64,000 bases of DNA from an uncultured Gemmatimonadaceae bacterium (GCA_964580055.1 CAZOJI010000011.1:34759-98758); one strand, 5' to 3'. Shown: positions 17,653 to 25,683, numbered from the stretch's first letter. Translations and numbers: made by a program. The notes: generated from the sequence alone by a model not told the origin.

Positions 17653-19335
17653 ATGGCTGTCAAAAAGACCAAGAAAAGGAAGAAGAAGCGAGATTATAGT
17701 GCATCCGGAGGTGGCGGTGGACGCGAACAATCACCGCTACGGCCGAAGCACGTTGAAAAGAAGCCGCCCTGCCGCGACACCTGTCCCAGCGGTAATCGCA
17801 TTCGGGAGTGGCTGACCACGATCGCCCAGGCCGAACGCTTAGAGAAACCCAGAGACCAGGCATTTACCGAGGCTTGGGATCTCTATACCGACACCAGCCC
17901 GTTTCCGTCGGTGTGTGGACGCGTATGCCCGCATCCTTGCGAGACTGCTTGCAACAGGCAGGAACTGGACGGCGCAGTGGGCATAAATATGGTGGAGCGC
18001 GTAATCGGTGATTTCGGTTTGGAGAACGACCTCAAACTCAAGATGCTCACCGATGAGAAGCGTCCGGAAAAGATTGCGGTCGTTGGTGGCGGGCCCGGTG
18101 GCTTCTCATGTGCTTACCAGCTTGCGAGACGTGGCTACTCCGTTACTGTGTTCGAGGCGTCCGACAAGCCGGGAGGGATGTTGCTCTGGGGTATACCCAG
18201 GTACAGACTCCCCGAGGACGTCATCGAGAAGGAAATCCAGAAAATTTTGGATCTCGGCGTAGAACTGAAATGCGACATCCGAGTCGGAAAGGATATCAGC
18301 CTCGACGAACTTCACGAACAGTACCAAGCCATATTCGTCGCGGTCGGTGCCGAGAAGGGGCTCAAACTCCGCGTTGAGGGAGAGGACGCGGAAAACGTCA
18401 TGTCCGGCGTCGAGTTTCTCAATCGCATTCATCACGGAGAGACGGTCGAAGTCGGCGACGACGTGATTGTCGTAGGAGGTGGTGATACCGCGATCGATGC
18501 TGCACGGATCTGCAGACGTTTGGGCGCCACGGTGACGATCCTCTACCGGCGAACCATCAAAGAGATGCCGGCTATAGACGAAGAGATCGAGGAAGCGCAG
18601 ATCGAGGGTGTCAACCTGGAGTACCTCGCCGCTCCGATCGGTTTCAACAAAGACGGCGACAAGATCACGAGCATGAAGTGTATTCGCATGGAGCTCGGAG
18701 AGCCGGATGATTCCGGAAGACGGCGGCCGGTGCCAATCGAAGGCTCGGAGTTTGAGATCCCAGCGAGTACCGTGATCCCCGCTATCAGTCAGGAACCGGA
18801 CTTCACCGGCCTCGAATCCCTCATCGAGGGACGCGACTGGATCAAAGTGAACGATGAATTCGCTTCCACAAAGGAAGACGATGTGTGGGCAGGCGGCGAT
18901 GCCACCAATCTGGCCTTGGTAACGGACGCCATCGGACATGGCCGATATGCCGCTGAGGCTATAGACAGGAAGTTCCGCGGTTTGGGAAAACCGCAAGACG
19001 GCATGCCGGTCATCACAGCCGACAAGATGCTGCTCGATCACTACGACAAAGCTGAACGCGCCAAAGCAGGAACTCTGCCGGTGGAGGAACGCCTGGCCAG
19101 CATGGAAGCCGAGGTGAACCTGCCTCTGTCCGAGGAAGAAGCGGTCGCAGAGAGCAAACGGTGCATGAGTTGCGGCTATTGCATGGACTGCGAGAAGTGC
19201 TGGATGTACTGCCAAGACCAGGCAATCGACAAACCGATGCAAAGAGGCGCTCTCTACGTCTTCAAACTCGGTAACTGCACGGGTTGCGGAAAATGCGCCG
19301 AGATATGTCCGTGCGGCTTCATCGAGATGGCGTGA
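17653..19335 (+). CDS. DsrL-like NAD(P)H:acceptor oxidoreductase (GltD-type flavoprotein with C-terminal 2x[4Fe-4S] ferredoxin domain)
   Basis: GltD-like N-terminal FeS region (GRVCPHPCETACNR). Two dinucleotide folds (VVGGGPGGFSCAY, VVGGGDTAIDAA). C-terminal CMSCGYCMDCEKC and CTGCGKCAEICPCG motifs. Located directly after dsrABD. Polybasic N-terminus KKTKKRKKKRD. Confidence 0.7.
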   Translation: MAVKKTKKRKKKRDYSASGGGGGREQSPLRPKHVEKKPPCRDTCPSGNRIREWLTTIAQAERLEKPRDQAFTEAWDLYTDTSPFPSVCGRVCPHPCETACNRQELDGAVGINMVERVIGDFGLENDLKLKMLTDEKRPEKIAVVGGGPGGFSCAYQLARRGYSVTVFEASDKPGGMLLWGIPRYRLPEDVIEKEIQKILDLGVELKCDIRVGKDISLDELHEQYQAIFVAVGAEKGLKLRVEGEDAENVMSGVEFLNRIHHGETVEVGDDVIVVGGGDTAIDAARICRRLGATVTILYRRTIKEMPAIDEEIEEAQIEGVNLEYLAAPIGFNKDGDKITSMKCIRMELGEPDDSGRRRPVPIEGSEFEIPASTVIPAISQEPDFTGLESLIEGRDWIKVNDEFASTKEDDVWAGGDATNLALVTDAIGHGRYAAEAIDRKFRGLGKPQDGMPVITADKMLLDHYDKAERAKAGTLPVEERLASMEAEVNLPLSEEEAVAESKRCMSCGYCMDCEKCWMYCQDQAIDKPMQRGALYVFKLGNCTGCGKCAEICPCGFIEMA

Positions 19336-19339
19336 AGCA

Positions 19340-20782
19340 CTGAATTATCCGCGCGTTCTCGTCGCCGGGCTGCGCGGAGGCAGCGGTAAAACACTCGTTT
19401 CTCTGAGTCTGATTGCAGCCTGGCGAAAAAACGGCAAGAAGGTAGCCCCTTTCAAGAAGGGGCCAGACTACATTGACGCGGCATGGCTGTCTGCCGCAGC
19501 GAACGCCCCTTGCCGGAACATCGATTTGTTTCTGATGTCCGGAACGGGCGTTCTGCGTTCGTTAGGTACAGCCTCGAACGCAAGCGACGTCGCTGTGATC
19601 GAAGGCAACCGAGGCCTCTACGATGGAATGGATGCTAGTGGCAGTTACAGTTCCGCTGAACTGGCAAAACTGCTGAGTTCGCCGGTTGTGCTGACAGTTG
19701 ATTGTACCAAGTCCACGCGCACAGTCGCTGCAATGGTCCTGGGTTGTCAGCAGATCGATCCCACGGTCCCACTGCGAGGTGTCGTGCTGAACCAGGTTGG
19801 AGGCACTCGGCATGAGGGAGTGGTGCGTGGCGCGATTGAACGGGACTGCGGGATACCGGTTCTGGGAGTGCTGCCGCGGATTCGGCGCCAGCTTTTTCCC
19901 GAGAGACACCTGGGACTCGTCCCGCCACAGGAACATATGGAGATGAGAGCAGCAATCGAAGGGGTTGCCGCGGTGGGAGAGCAATACCTCGATCTGGATG
20001 CCCTTTGGAGTCTCGCCCGGCAAGCTCCGCGTTTCGAGTTCGAGCCTCATACGGTTGCCGACTCGCCAGGCCCGGAGTGCGAAACGGTCAATATCGGGGT
20101 GTTCCGTGATGCGGCGTTTCAATTCTACTACCCGGAGAACCTGGAGGCTCTGGTCAGGGAAGGTGCGCGTATCAAAGAGATTTCTCCTCTGTCCGACGAG
20201 GAACTTCCCGACGTGGACGCGCTGTATATCGGTGGAGGCTTTCCTGAGACGTTGGCACGGCGGCTGTCATGCAACGAGATCTTTCTCGACTCTGTGCGCA
20301 GGCAGGTAGAAGATGGTCTTCCTGTTTATGCCGAATGTGGCGGAGCCGTCTACTTGGGAGAGAAATTGCTCTACGAGTCCGTAGAGTATCCCATGGTGGG
20401 CGTTCTGCCGGTCTCGTTCGGGTTTCGAGGCAAACCACAGGGGCACGGTTACGTTGAACTGGAGACGGTGCACCGCAACCCCTATTTCCCTGTAGGAAAA
20501 CCGCTGAGGGGACACGAATTCCACTACACTCGTGTGGAATCTTCCGCAATGGATGACATTAGCTTCGCTTTTCGGGTGACCAGAGGTTTCGGATTCGACG
20601 GCGAGCGGGATGGCTTATGTCGATTCAACGTGCTAGCCTCCTACACGCACTTGCATGCTCTGGGAACGGGGAGCTGGGCTCCTGCTGTTGTCCAAGCAGC
20701 CAAGCGATTCAAAACAGGCAGAAGAGACGCGTCGGGCGCCCCGGCGTCGGAGGCGGCGGCGCGTGGAAACCGTCCCTCTTAG
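19340..20782 (+). CDS. dsrN: DsrN, CobB/CbiA-type glutamine amidotransferase (sirohaem amidase)
   Basis: The conserved P-loop N-terminus PRVLVAGLRGGSGKT is encoded in frame upstream of the track start (TTG 19526). No ATG, GTG or TTG is available, so the start is provisionally placed at CTG 19340. C-terminal amidotransferase domain has ECGG. Confidence 0.8.
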   Translation: MNYPRVLVAGLRGGSGKTLVSLSLIAAWRKNGKKVAPFKKGPDYIDAAWLSAAANAPCRNIDLFLMSGTGVLRSLGTASNASDVAVIEGNRGLYDGMDASGSYSSAELAKLLSSPVVLTVDCTKSTRTVAAMVLGCQQIDPTVPLRGVVLNQVGGTRHEGVVRGAIERDCGIPVLGVLPRIRRQLFPERHLGLVPPQEHMEMRAAIEGVAAVGEQYLDLDALWSLARQAPRFEFEPHTVADSPGPECETVNIGVFRDAAFQFYYPENLEALVREGARIKEISPLSDEELPDVDALYIGGGFPETLARRLSCNEIFLDSVRRQVEDGLPVYAECGGAVYLGEKLLYESVEYPMVGVLPVSFGFRGKPQGHGYVELETVHRNPYFPVGKPLRGHEFHYTRVESSAMDDISFAFRVTRGFGFDGERDGLCRFNVLASYTHLHALGTGSWAPAVVQAAKRFKTGRRDASGAPASEAAARGNRPS

Positions 20783-21772
20783 ATGAAAGACAACATGATG
20801 CGATTACGCAGTTTCAAGGTGTTCACTCGTGTAGGCGCGTTCGTCTTCCTGGCGCTTGCACTGCATCCGGCACTTCTGCACGCAATGCAGGAGACGACGG
20901 CGGCTCCAGGCGCCGATACGGTAGCCTGGTGGGTGTGGCCGTTGGTGCTGCTCGTGCTGACGTTTGTGATGGGGATCCTTGCTGCGTTGGGTGGTGTGGG
21001 TGGAGGGGTACTCTTCGTACCAATCGTCAGCGGTTTCTTTCCCTTCCATCTCGATTTCGTACGTGGCGCAGGGCTGTTGGTGGCTCTGAGTGGCGCACTA
21101 GCCGCGGGACCTGGGTTTTTGAAGATGAACCTGGCGAGCTTACGGTTGGCAATGCCTGTGGCCCTGATCGCGTCTACCTGCGCGATCATAGGGGCAATGA
21201 TAGGTCTGGCTCTCCCGACCAATGTCGTGCAGACCGCCTTGGGTGCCACCATTCTCGGAATCGTGATTCTCATGATCACAGCCAAGAAGTCGGAGTTTCC
21301 CGACGTTCCCAAGGCGGACGGGATTTCATCTGCCTTGGGGATCTACGGAGTCTATACCGAGGCAAGCTTGGGGAAGAACATCGACTGGAAGATCCATCGG
21401 ACGGCGCACGGTCTCTTCTTGTTCATCTTCATTGGTCTGATGGCGGGAATGTTCGGGCTCGGTGCAGGTTGGGCAAATGTTCCCGTTCTGAACCTGGTCA
21501 TGGGAGCACCGCTCAAGATCAGTGTGGCAACGAGCAAGTTCTTGCTGTCCATAACTGATACCTCGGCTGCCTGGGTGTATCTCAACCAAGGTTGCGTTAT
21601 CCCAATGATGGTTGTTCCGTCATTGATAGGAATAATGCTGGGGTCGTTCATCGGCGTGAGAATCCTCAGGGTTGCAAAACCGAGCTTCGTTCGCTGGCTC
21701 GTAATCGGCCTGCTACTGTTCGCGGGGGCCAAAGCCATTACCAAGGGCTTGGGCATTCCGTTTTTCTTCTAG
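20783..21772 (+). CDS. TauE/SafE (TSUP) family anion permease
   Basis: Polytopic membrane protein with Gly-rich repeats GGVGGGVLFVP and GLGAGWANVP typical of the TauE/SafE family. Its ATG directly abuts the dsrN stop (0-nt gap). Confidence 0.75.
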   Translation: MKDNMMRLRSFKVFTRVGAFVFLALALHPALLHAMQETTAAPGADTVAWWVWPLVLLVLTFVMGILAALGGVGGGVLFVPIVSGFFPFHLDFVRGAGLLVALSGALAAGPGFLKMNLASLRLAMPVALIASTCAIIGAMIGLALPTNVVQTALGATILGIVILMITAKKSEFPDVPKADGISSALGIYGVYTEASLGKNIDWKIHRTAHGLFLFIFIGLMAGMFGLGAGWANVPVLNLVMGAPLKISVATSKFLLSITDTSAAWVYLNQGCVIPMMVVPSLIGIMLGSFIGVRILRVAKPSFVRWLVIGLLLFAGAKAITKGLGIPFFF

Positions 21773-21793
21773 GATGCTTGGGGAGCGATACCA

Positions 21794-22240
21794 ATGACTG
21801 AAGATACGAAAACCCCGGAAGCCAACGAGGAACAGCTCCTCTATGCGAGAATTCTGGAAGTCGGGATGTACACCGGTTTGGCACTTCTGCTGGTGACCTT
21901 CGTGCTCTATATGACCGGGATTCTAGCGCCGGCAATACCGATCGAGAGGGTCCCAGATTATTGGGTCATGAGCGTCCACGACTACGGTGAGGCCATCAAT
22001 CGCGATTTCTTGCATCGAGATCATATGGTGACTGGGTGGGGCTGGTTGGCGGTTGTTTCCAAGGGAGACTTTAGCAATTTTTTGGGCATCGCCTTCCTCT
22101 CTGGAGTGACCATCGTTTGTTACATCGGTATCATACCCACACTCATTCGGAAGAAACAAACTGCCTACTTACTGATAGCCGTGGCCGAAGTATTGATTCT
22201 AGTGCTTGCGGCCAGCGGGATACTCTCAGTAGGCCACTGA
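21794..22240 (+). CDS. Small membrane protein, DUF1634-like (tentative) partner of the TauE permease
   Basis: 148 aa with about 4 hydrophobic helices, 21 nt after the permease gene. The family name comes from my memory that this pairing is frequent and is not verified. Confidence 0.5.
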   Translation: MTEDTKTPEANEEQLLYARILEVGMYTGLALLLVTFVLYMTGILAPAIPIERVPDYWVMSVHDYGEAINRDFLHRDHMVTGWGWLAVVSKGDFSNFLGIAFLSGVTIVCYIGIIPTLIRKKQTAYLLIAVAEVLILVLAASGILSVGH

Positions 22241-22299
22241 TTCGGTGCGCATGAATGGTAGAATTCGAGTGATGCCAAGAAGGCTGTGATAGAGGGTTT

Positions 22300-22794
22300 T
22301 TGACTAACCTAAAGTTCCTGCCCGTGGGCTTGGATGTTCGTGAGAAAAAGTGCGTTGTCGTGGGTGGTGGCGTCGTTGGCAGCCGCAAAGTCACGAACCT
22401 AGTTAGAGCCGGGGCGAAAGTTACCGTGATCTCACCCGATGTGGTGGACAGCTTGGCTGGCGAGATAGAAGCCGGAACCGTGCTGTGGATTCAGGACTCG
22501 TATCGGGCGGAATATCTCGAGGGTGCGTTTGCGGTGGTCGCCGCCACCGACGACGAGGCGCTCAATGCGCACATCGTGCAAAACGCCACAGACCGGCAAA
22601 TCCTTATTTGCGACGCATCCGCTGCTGAGCGTTCGAACCTGATCTTTGGTGCTTTGCACACGCTCGAAGACGGCGTTACGATTGCCGTATTCACTGACGG
22701 CCGGGACCCAGCCAAAGCCAGAAGGTCGCGAGACCTCATCGCCAACCTTTTGGACGCGGGCGGCATGCAAGGTGGCAAATCCGAGTTTGGTTGA
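22300..22794 (+). CDS. sirC: Precorrin-2 dehydrogenase / sirohydrochlorin ferrochelatase (SirC/Met8/CysG-N type)
   Basis: N-terminal Rossmann motif KCVVVGGGVVGSRKV and overall length match the short siroheme synthase N-domain. TTG start. Confidence 0.75.
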   Translation: MTNLKFLPVGLDVREKKCVVVGGGVVGSRKVTNLVRAGAKVTVISPDVVDSLAGEIEAGTVLWIQDSYRAEYLEGAFAVVAATDDEALNAHIVQNATDRQILICDASAAERSNLIFGALHTLEDGVTIAVFTDGRDPAKARRSRDLIANLLDAGGMQGGKSEFG

Positions 22795-22806
22795 ACGCTA
22801 AAGGGT

Positions 22807-24819
22807 ATGCCAATTCACTCAAAGTCACGGCGCCAAAGCGCTTTGCTACTGCTATCGTTCGGCAGCAGTATCTCGGCTGACGCGAAAGTTCTGGCGCAGA
22901 CTTTGTCGGAGCAGGCTTCCGTTTTGACCGAACTGTTGCCAAAAGGGTGGCAGGTGTACAACGCACTGCGCCATGGGCAACCGACGATAGAGCACACCTT
23001 GACACACCTGGACAGCAGCGTCGAGGAACTAGTCGTGTTGCCCACATACCCCCAGTACTCATGGGCGACTAGCGGTTCCATCATGAGTGAGGTCTACAGG
23101 GTCCTCGGCGAAATACTGAAGCCCATAGATTTGTCGACCCGCCACGCTTGGCACAATGACAGCGGGTACATAAATGCGCAGGCGAGGTTGATTGCGTCAT
23201 TTACTTCTTCTCGTGAATTGCTGCCGCGCGACTATCAAATCGTCTTCTTGGCTCATGCCGCCAAGCTGGAAGATGGCAGTGCGGATTCACTCTATGAACA
23301 ACAGGTTGCCGAGACCGCCGATTTGGTTCTGGAGCGGCTCGGATGGCCTCGCGATTGCAGTTCGCTGCTCCACGGGGATTGGGGGGCTCGAGGTGATGTA
23401 GAAGGAAACGATTTGTCCAGAAGACTCCGTTGCCTCGCGGATGAGGGCGTAAGACGCGTGGTCTTGTTCCCTTTGACATCCCCGCTGGACATAGACGTCG
23501 GCACCGAGCTGGCGAACGAAGGCCGGCTGGAGCAGTTCAAGGTTCGCGGTGGAGATGTCGTGGTCGGTCCGGCCCTGGGTTCGTATGCGCCGCTCTCGTC
23601 AGTGTTGAAGAACATTGCTCTCCGCGGTTCCCAGCCGGTGATTGCTGGTATGGGCAAGACGATTCCGCTGTTGGCTCCCGAACGGGTTGTGGAGCGGGTC
23701 GAGAGCTCTCCACGGTCGCTGGTAATGATAGGAGCCTCTGTGGCCGGCAAGGTCCGGGGAGAACACGGACCGGACGTCGTTCACAGCCCTGCGAGAGTCT
23801 TTGGCGAAGTGAAGAAGACGCGAACGGAGCTGCGAGGGTTCTTGGATTGGGTCCGAGAAGAAACTGCTGTGGCGGAAGCCTTCGTATGGAGCACCTGCCA
23901 GCGCATCGAGTTCTTTGGTTGGTTATCGGAGTCGGATGTTCCGGCGGATTCCGATTGGCCGGTGGCAAGAATCCGCCAGCATCTCTACGGAGCCGAACCA
24001 GAGGGGCTCAAGGTCAACGTTCTGTTCGGAGTGGAAGCGTGGCACCATCTGCTTCGTACAGCTTGCGGGCTCAATAGTGCCTTGCCTGGCGACACTGACG
24101 TCATGGATCAACTGCAAACGTCCTTTAGGATGGCGGAGCGAGTCGGGGCGGCGGGCACCAGGGCGCTCGACTTGGTGGAAAATGCAGTTGCAGTAGCCCA
24201 GGAAGTGCGCGCCGAGACGGATTGGAGCCGCTTCAGTCGGGGATATTGTGCAGCAGCGCTGTCGAGGATTCATGACCTGAGTGGCGCAGACCTGGAGAGA
24301 TGTCGCCATGTAGTGATTGGAGGATCGGCCACTTCACGTTCGGTACTCTTCACATTGTCTGAGCGGTTCCGGGTACTCCATCGTCAGATGACATTGATAT
24401 ACCGCGATCACCATGGGCAGATGAAGCCGTTGCGCAACGCGATCGGAAACGGCGTGAGGTTGCGCGTTCACTCGTACTCCGAGGAAAGCGTTATCAGGGC
24501 GATCGCAGATGCGGATTTCGTCTTCTTCGGGATCGATTACGCGAAACCCGTTCTGACGGGGGAGATGCTTGCGGGTTCCCGTGACTTTTCGGCACGGCCT
24601 CTGGTGATAGTCGATTTCAATGATTCGGGCTCGGTGAGTGAGTTGGAACGTGTCAGAGGGATTACGGTTTGGAATGCGGCTGACCTTGATCTGGCAGTGG
24701 AATCTTACGCCGAGGTGATGTGTTCGGACAGTCGTTTTCCTCACGCTTTGGAACAGGTTGAGAATTGGATAGAGACGCGCTTGCCTTCGGCTGAGGATGA
24801 TGACAAGCAACACAGTTAG
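22807..24819 (+). CDS. Fusion protein: N-terminal ferrochelatase (HemH/class II chelatase)-like domain plus C-terminal glutamyl-tRNA reductase (HemA)-like domain, both with degenerate motifs
   Basis: Residues about 10-275 have VVLPTYPQYSWATSGS (compare HemH LPLYPQYS) and FLAHA (compare SAHSLP). Residues about 303-660 have VWSTCQRIEFF (compare LSTCNRTE) and LLRTACGLNSALPGDTDVMDQL (compare RVASGLDSMVLGEPQILGQV). The NADPH GxGxxG motif is degenerate (VIGGSATS). Confidence 0.65.
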   Translation: MPIHSKSRRQSALLLLSFGSSISADAKVLAQTLSEQASVLTELLPKGWQVYNALRHGQPTIEHTLTHLDSSVEELVVLPTYPQYSWATSGSIMSEVYRVLGEILKPIDLSTRHAWHNDSGYINAQARLIASFTSSRELLPRDYQIVFLAHAAKLEDGSADSLYEQQVAETADLVLERLGWPRDCSSLLHGDWGARGDVEGNDLSRRLRCLADEGVRRVVLFPLTSPLDIDVGTELANEGRLEQFKVRGGDVVVGPALGSYAPLSSVLKNIALRGSQPVIAGMGKTIPLLAPERVVERVESSPRSLVMIGASVAGKVRGEHGPDVVHSPARVFGEVKKTRTELRGFLDWVREETAVAEAFVWSTCQRIEFFGWLSESDVPADSDWPVARIRQHLYGAEPEGLKVNVLFGVEAWHHLLRTACGLNSALPGDTDVMDQLQTSFRMAERVGAAGTRALDLVENAVAVAQEVRAETDWSRFSRGYCAAALSRIHDLSGADLERCRHVVIGGSATSRSVLFTLSERFRVLHRQMTLIYRDHHGQMKPLRNAIGNGVRLRVHSYSEESVIRAIADADFVFFGIDYAKPVLTGEMLAGSRDFSARPLVIVDFNDSGSVSELERVRGITVWNAADLDLAVESYAEVMCSDSRFPHALEQVENWIETRLPSAEDDDKQHS

Positions 24820-24882
24820 GCGTTGACGATTGCGCTTCGGGCGTCCGTGGCGATGGGAGAATATTTTCCCTAGAGAGGATCC

Positions 24883-25683
24883 ATGAGCAGACACGCTTTG
24901 TCGGCGCTGCTGGTATCACTGTGTGTTTCGGGCTTTGCTCCTGCGAGTGCGACCGGCCAAGTAGAGATCTCACTCGATGAGCTCGAGCCCGAACACTATC
25001 GCTACGCGCAAGCAGAGAATTGCGTCAACTGCCATCAGATCGGCAATGACATCATGTTCCGCGCGGTCGGTGTGGACATCTCTTCGGGTGAAGTGCGGCG
25101 GGACGGGCGCGGTTGGCTCGCCAGCGTACATTCGAGGTCACAGAGTCACGGCAACCGCGTCAATAGTGTGTGTGCCTGGTGTCATGCACCGACTTCACCT
25201 GATGCGACACGAGACTCCGCGGCAGCCGTGCCAATCGAGACAGGCACATGGGAGGGTGTTACTTGTGGCGCTTGCCATCCCGGCCGATTGGAAAAGAGCA
25301 AGCGTGAGTCGCTGCTGATCAACTTCTTGCCTGGTTCAACCCCGACGGAACCTGCTGGCTACGCTTTCATCGACAAGTCAAAACCCGTTCAGTTCAACGA
25401 GCAGTGCAGGTATTGCCACCATCAGTCACACGACCTGTTGTCGCCGGCAATGAGCGGAATGCTGGAAGCCGGAGAACTACGCTGCATCGATTGTCACATG
25501 GCCGGCTACGGTTTTGCCGAGAACCGGATAGTGGAACGGTTTCACAACATGAAGGTCGAAGCCAACGGTCCAATGTCATGCAGTGGCCGATACGGCACTG
25601 AGGCAGGCTGCCATCCCAACGCCACCGCCGCTTGGATGGAAACAAACCTCCCCAACGTCAAGGGCCCACGCAAGGACTGGTAG
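24883..25683 (+). CDS. Secreted multihaem cytochrome c (5 CxxCH plus one possible CX9CH)
   Basis: Signal peptide MSRHALSALLVSLCVSGFAPASA. Haem motifs CVNCH, CAWCH, CGACH, CRYCH and CIDCH, plus CSGRYGTEAGCH. Confidence 0.8.
   Translation: MSRHALSALLVSLCVSGFAPASATGQVEISLDELEPEHYRYAQAENCVNCHQIGNDIMFRAVGVDISSGEVRRDGRGWLASVHSRSQSHGNRVNSVCAWCHAPTSPDATRDSAAAVPIETGTWEGVTCGACHPGRLEKSKRESLLINFLPGSTPTEPAGYAFIDKSKPVQFNEQCRYCHHQSHDLLSPAMSGMLEAGELRCIDCHMAGYGFAENRIVERFHNMKVEANGPMSCSGRYGTEAGCHPNATAAWMETNLPNVKGPRKDW

Noticed and set aside
17653-19335. Annotation as ordinary glutamate synthase small subunit (gltD), or reading the locus as an oxidative rDsr pathway because of the dsrL-like gene.
   Set aside because: No gltB partner is present, and the extra C-terminal two-cluster ferredoxin domain argues against plain GltD. 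The presence of dsrD and the absence of dsrEFH in the window argue against a purely oxidative reading. Direction cannot be decided without phylogeny.
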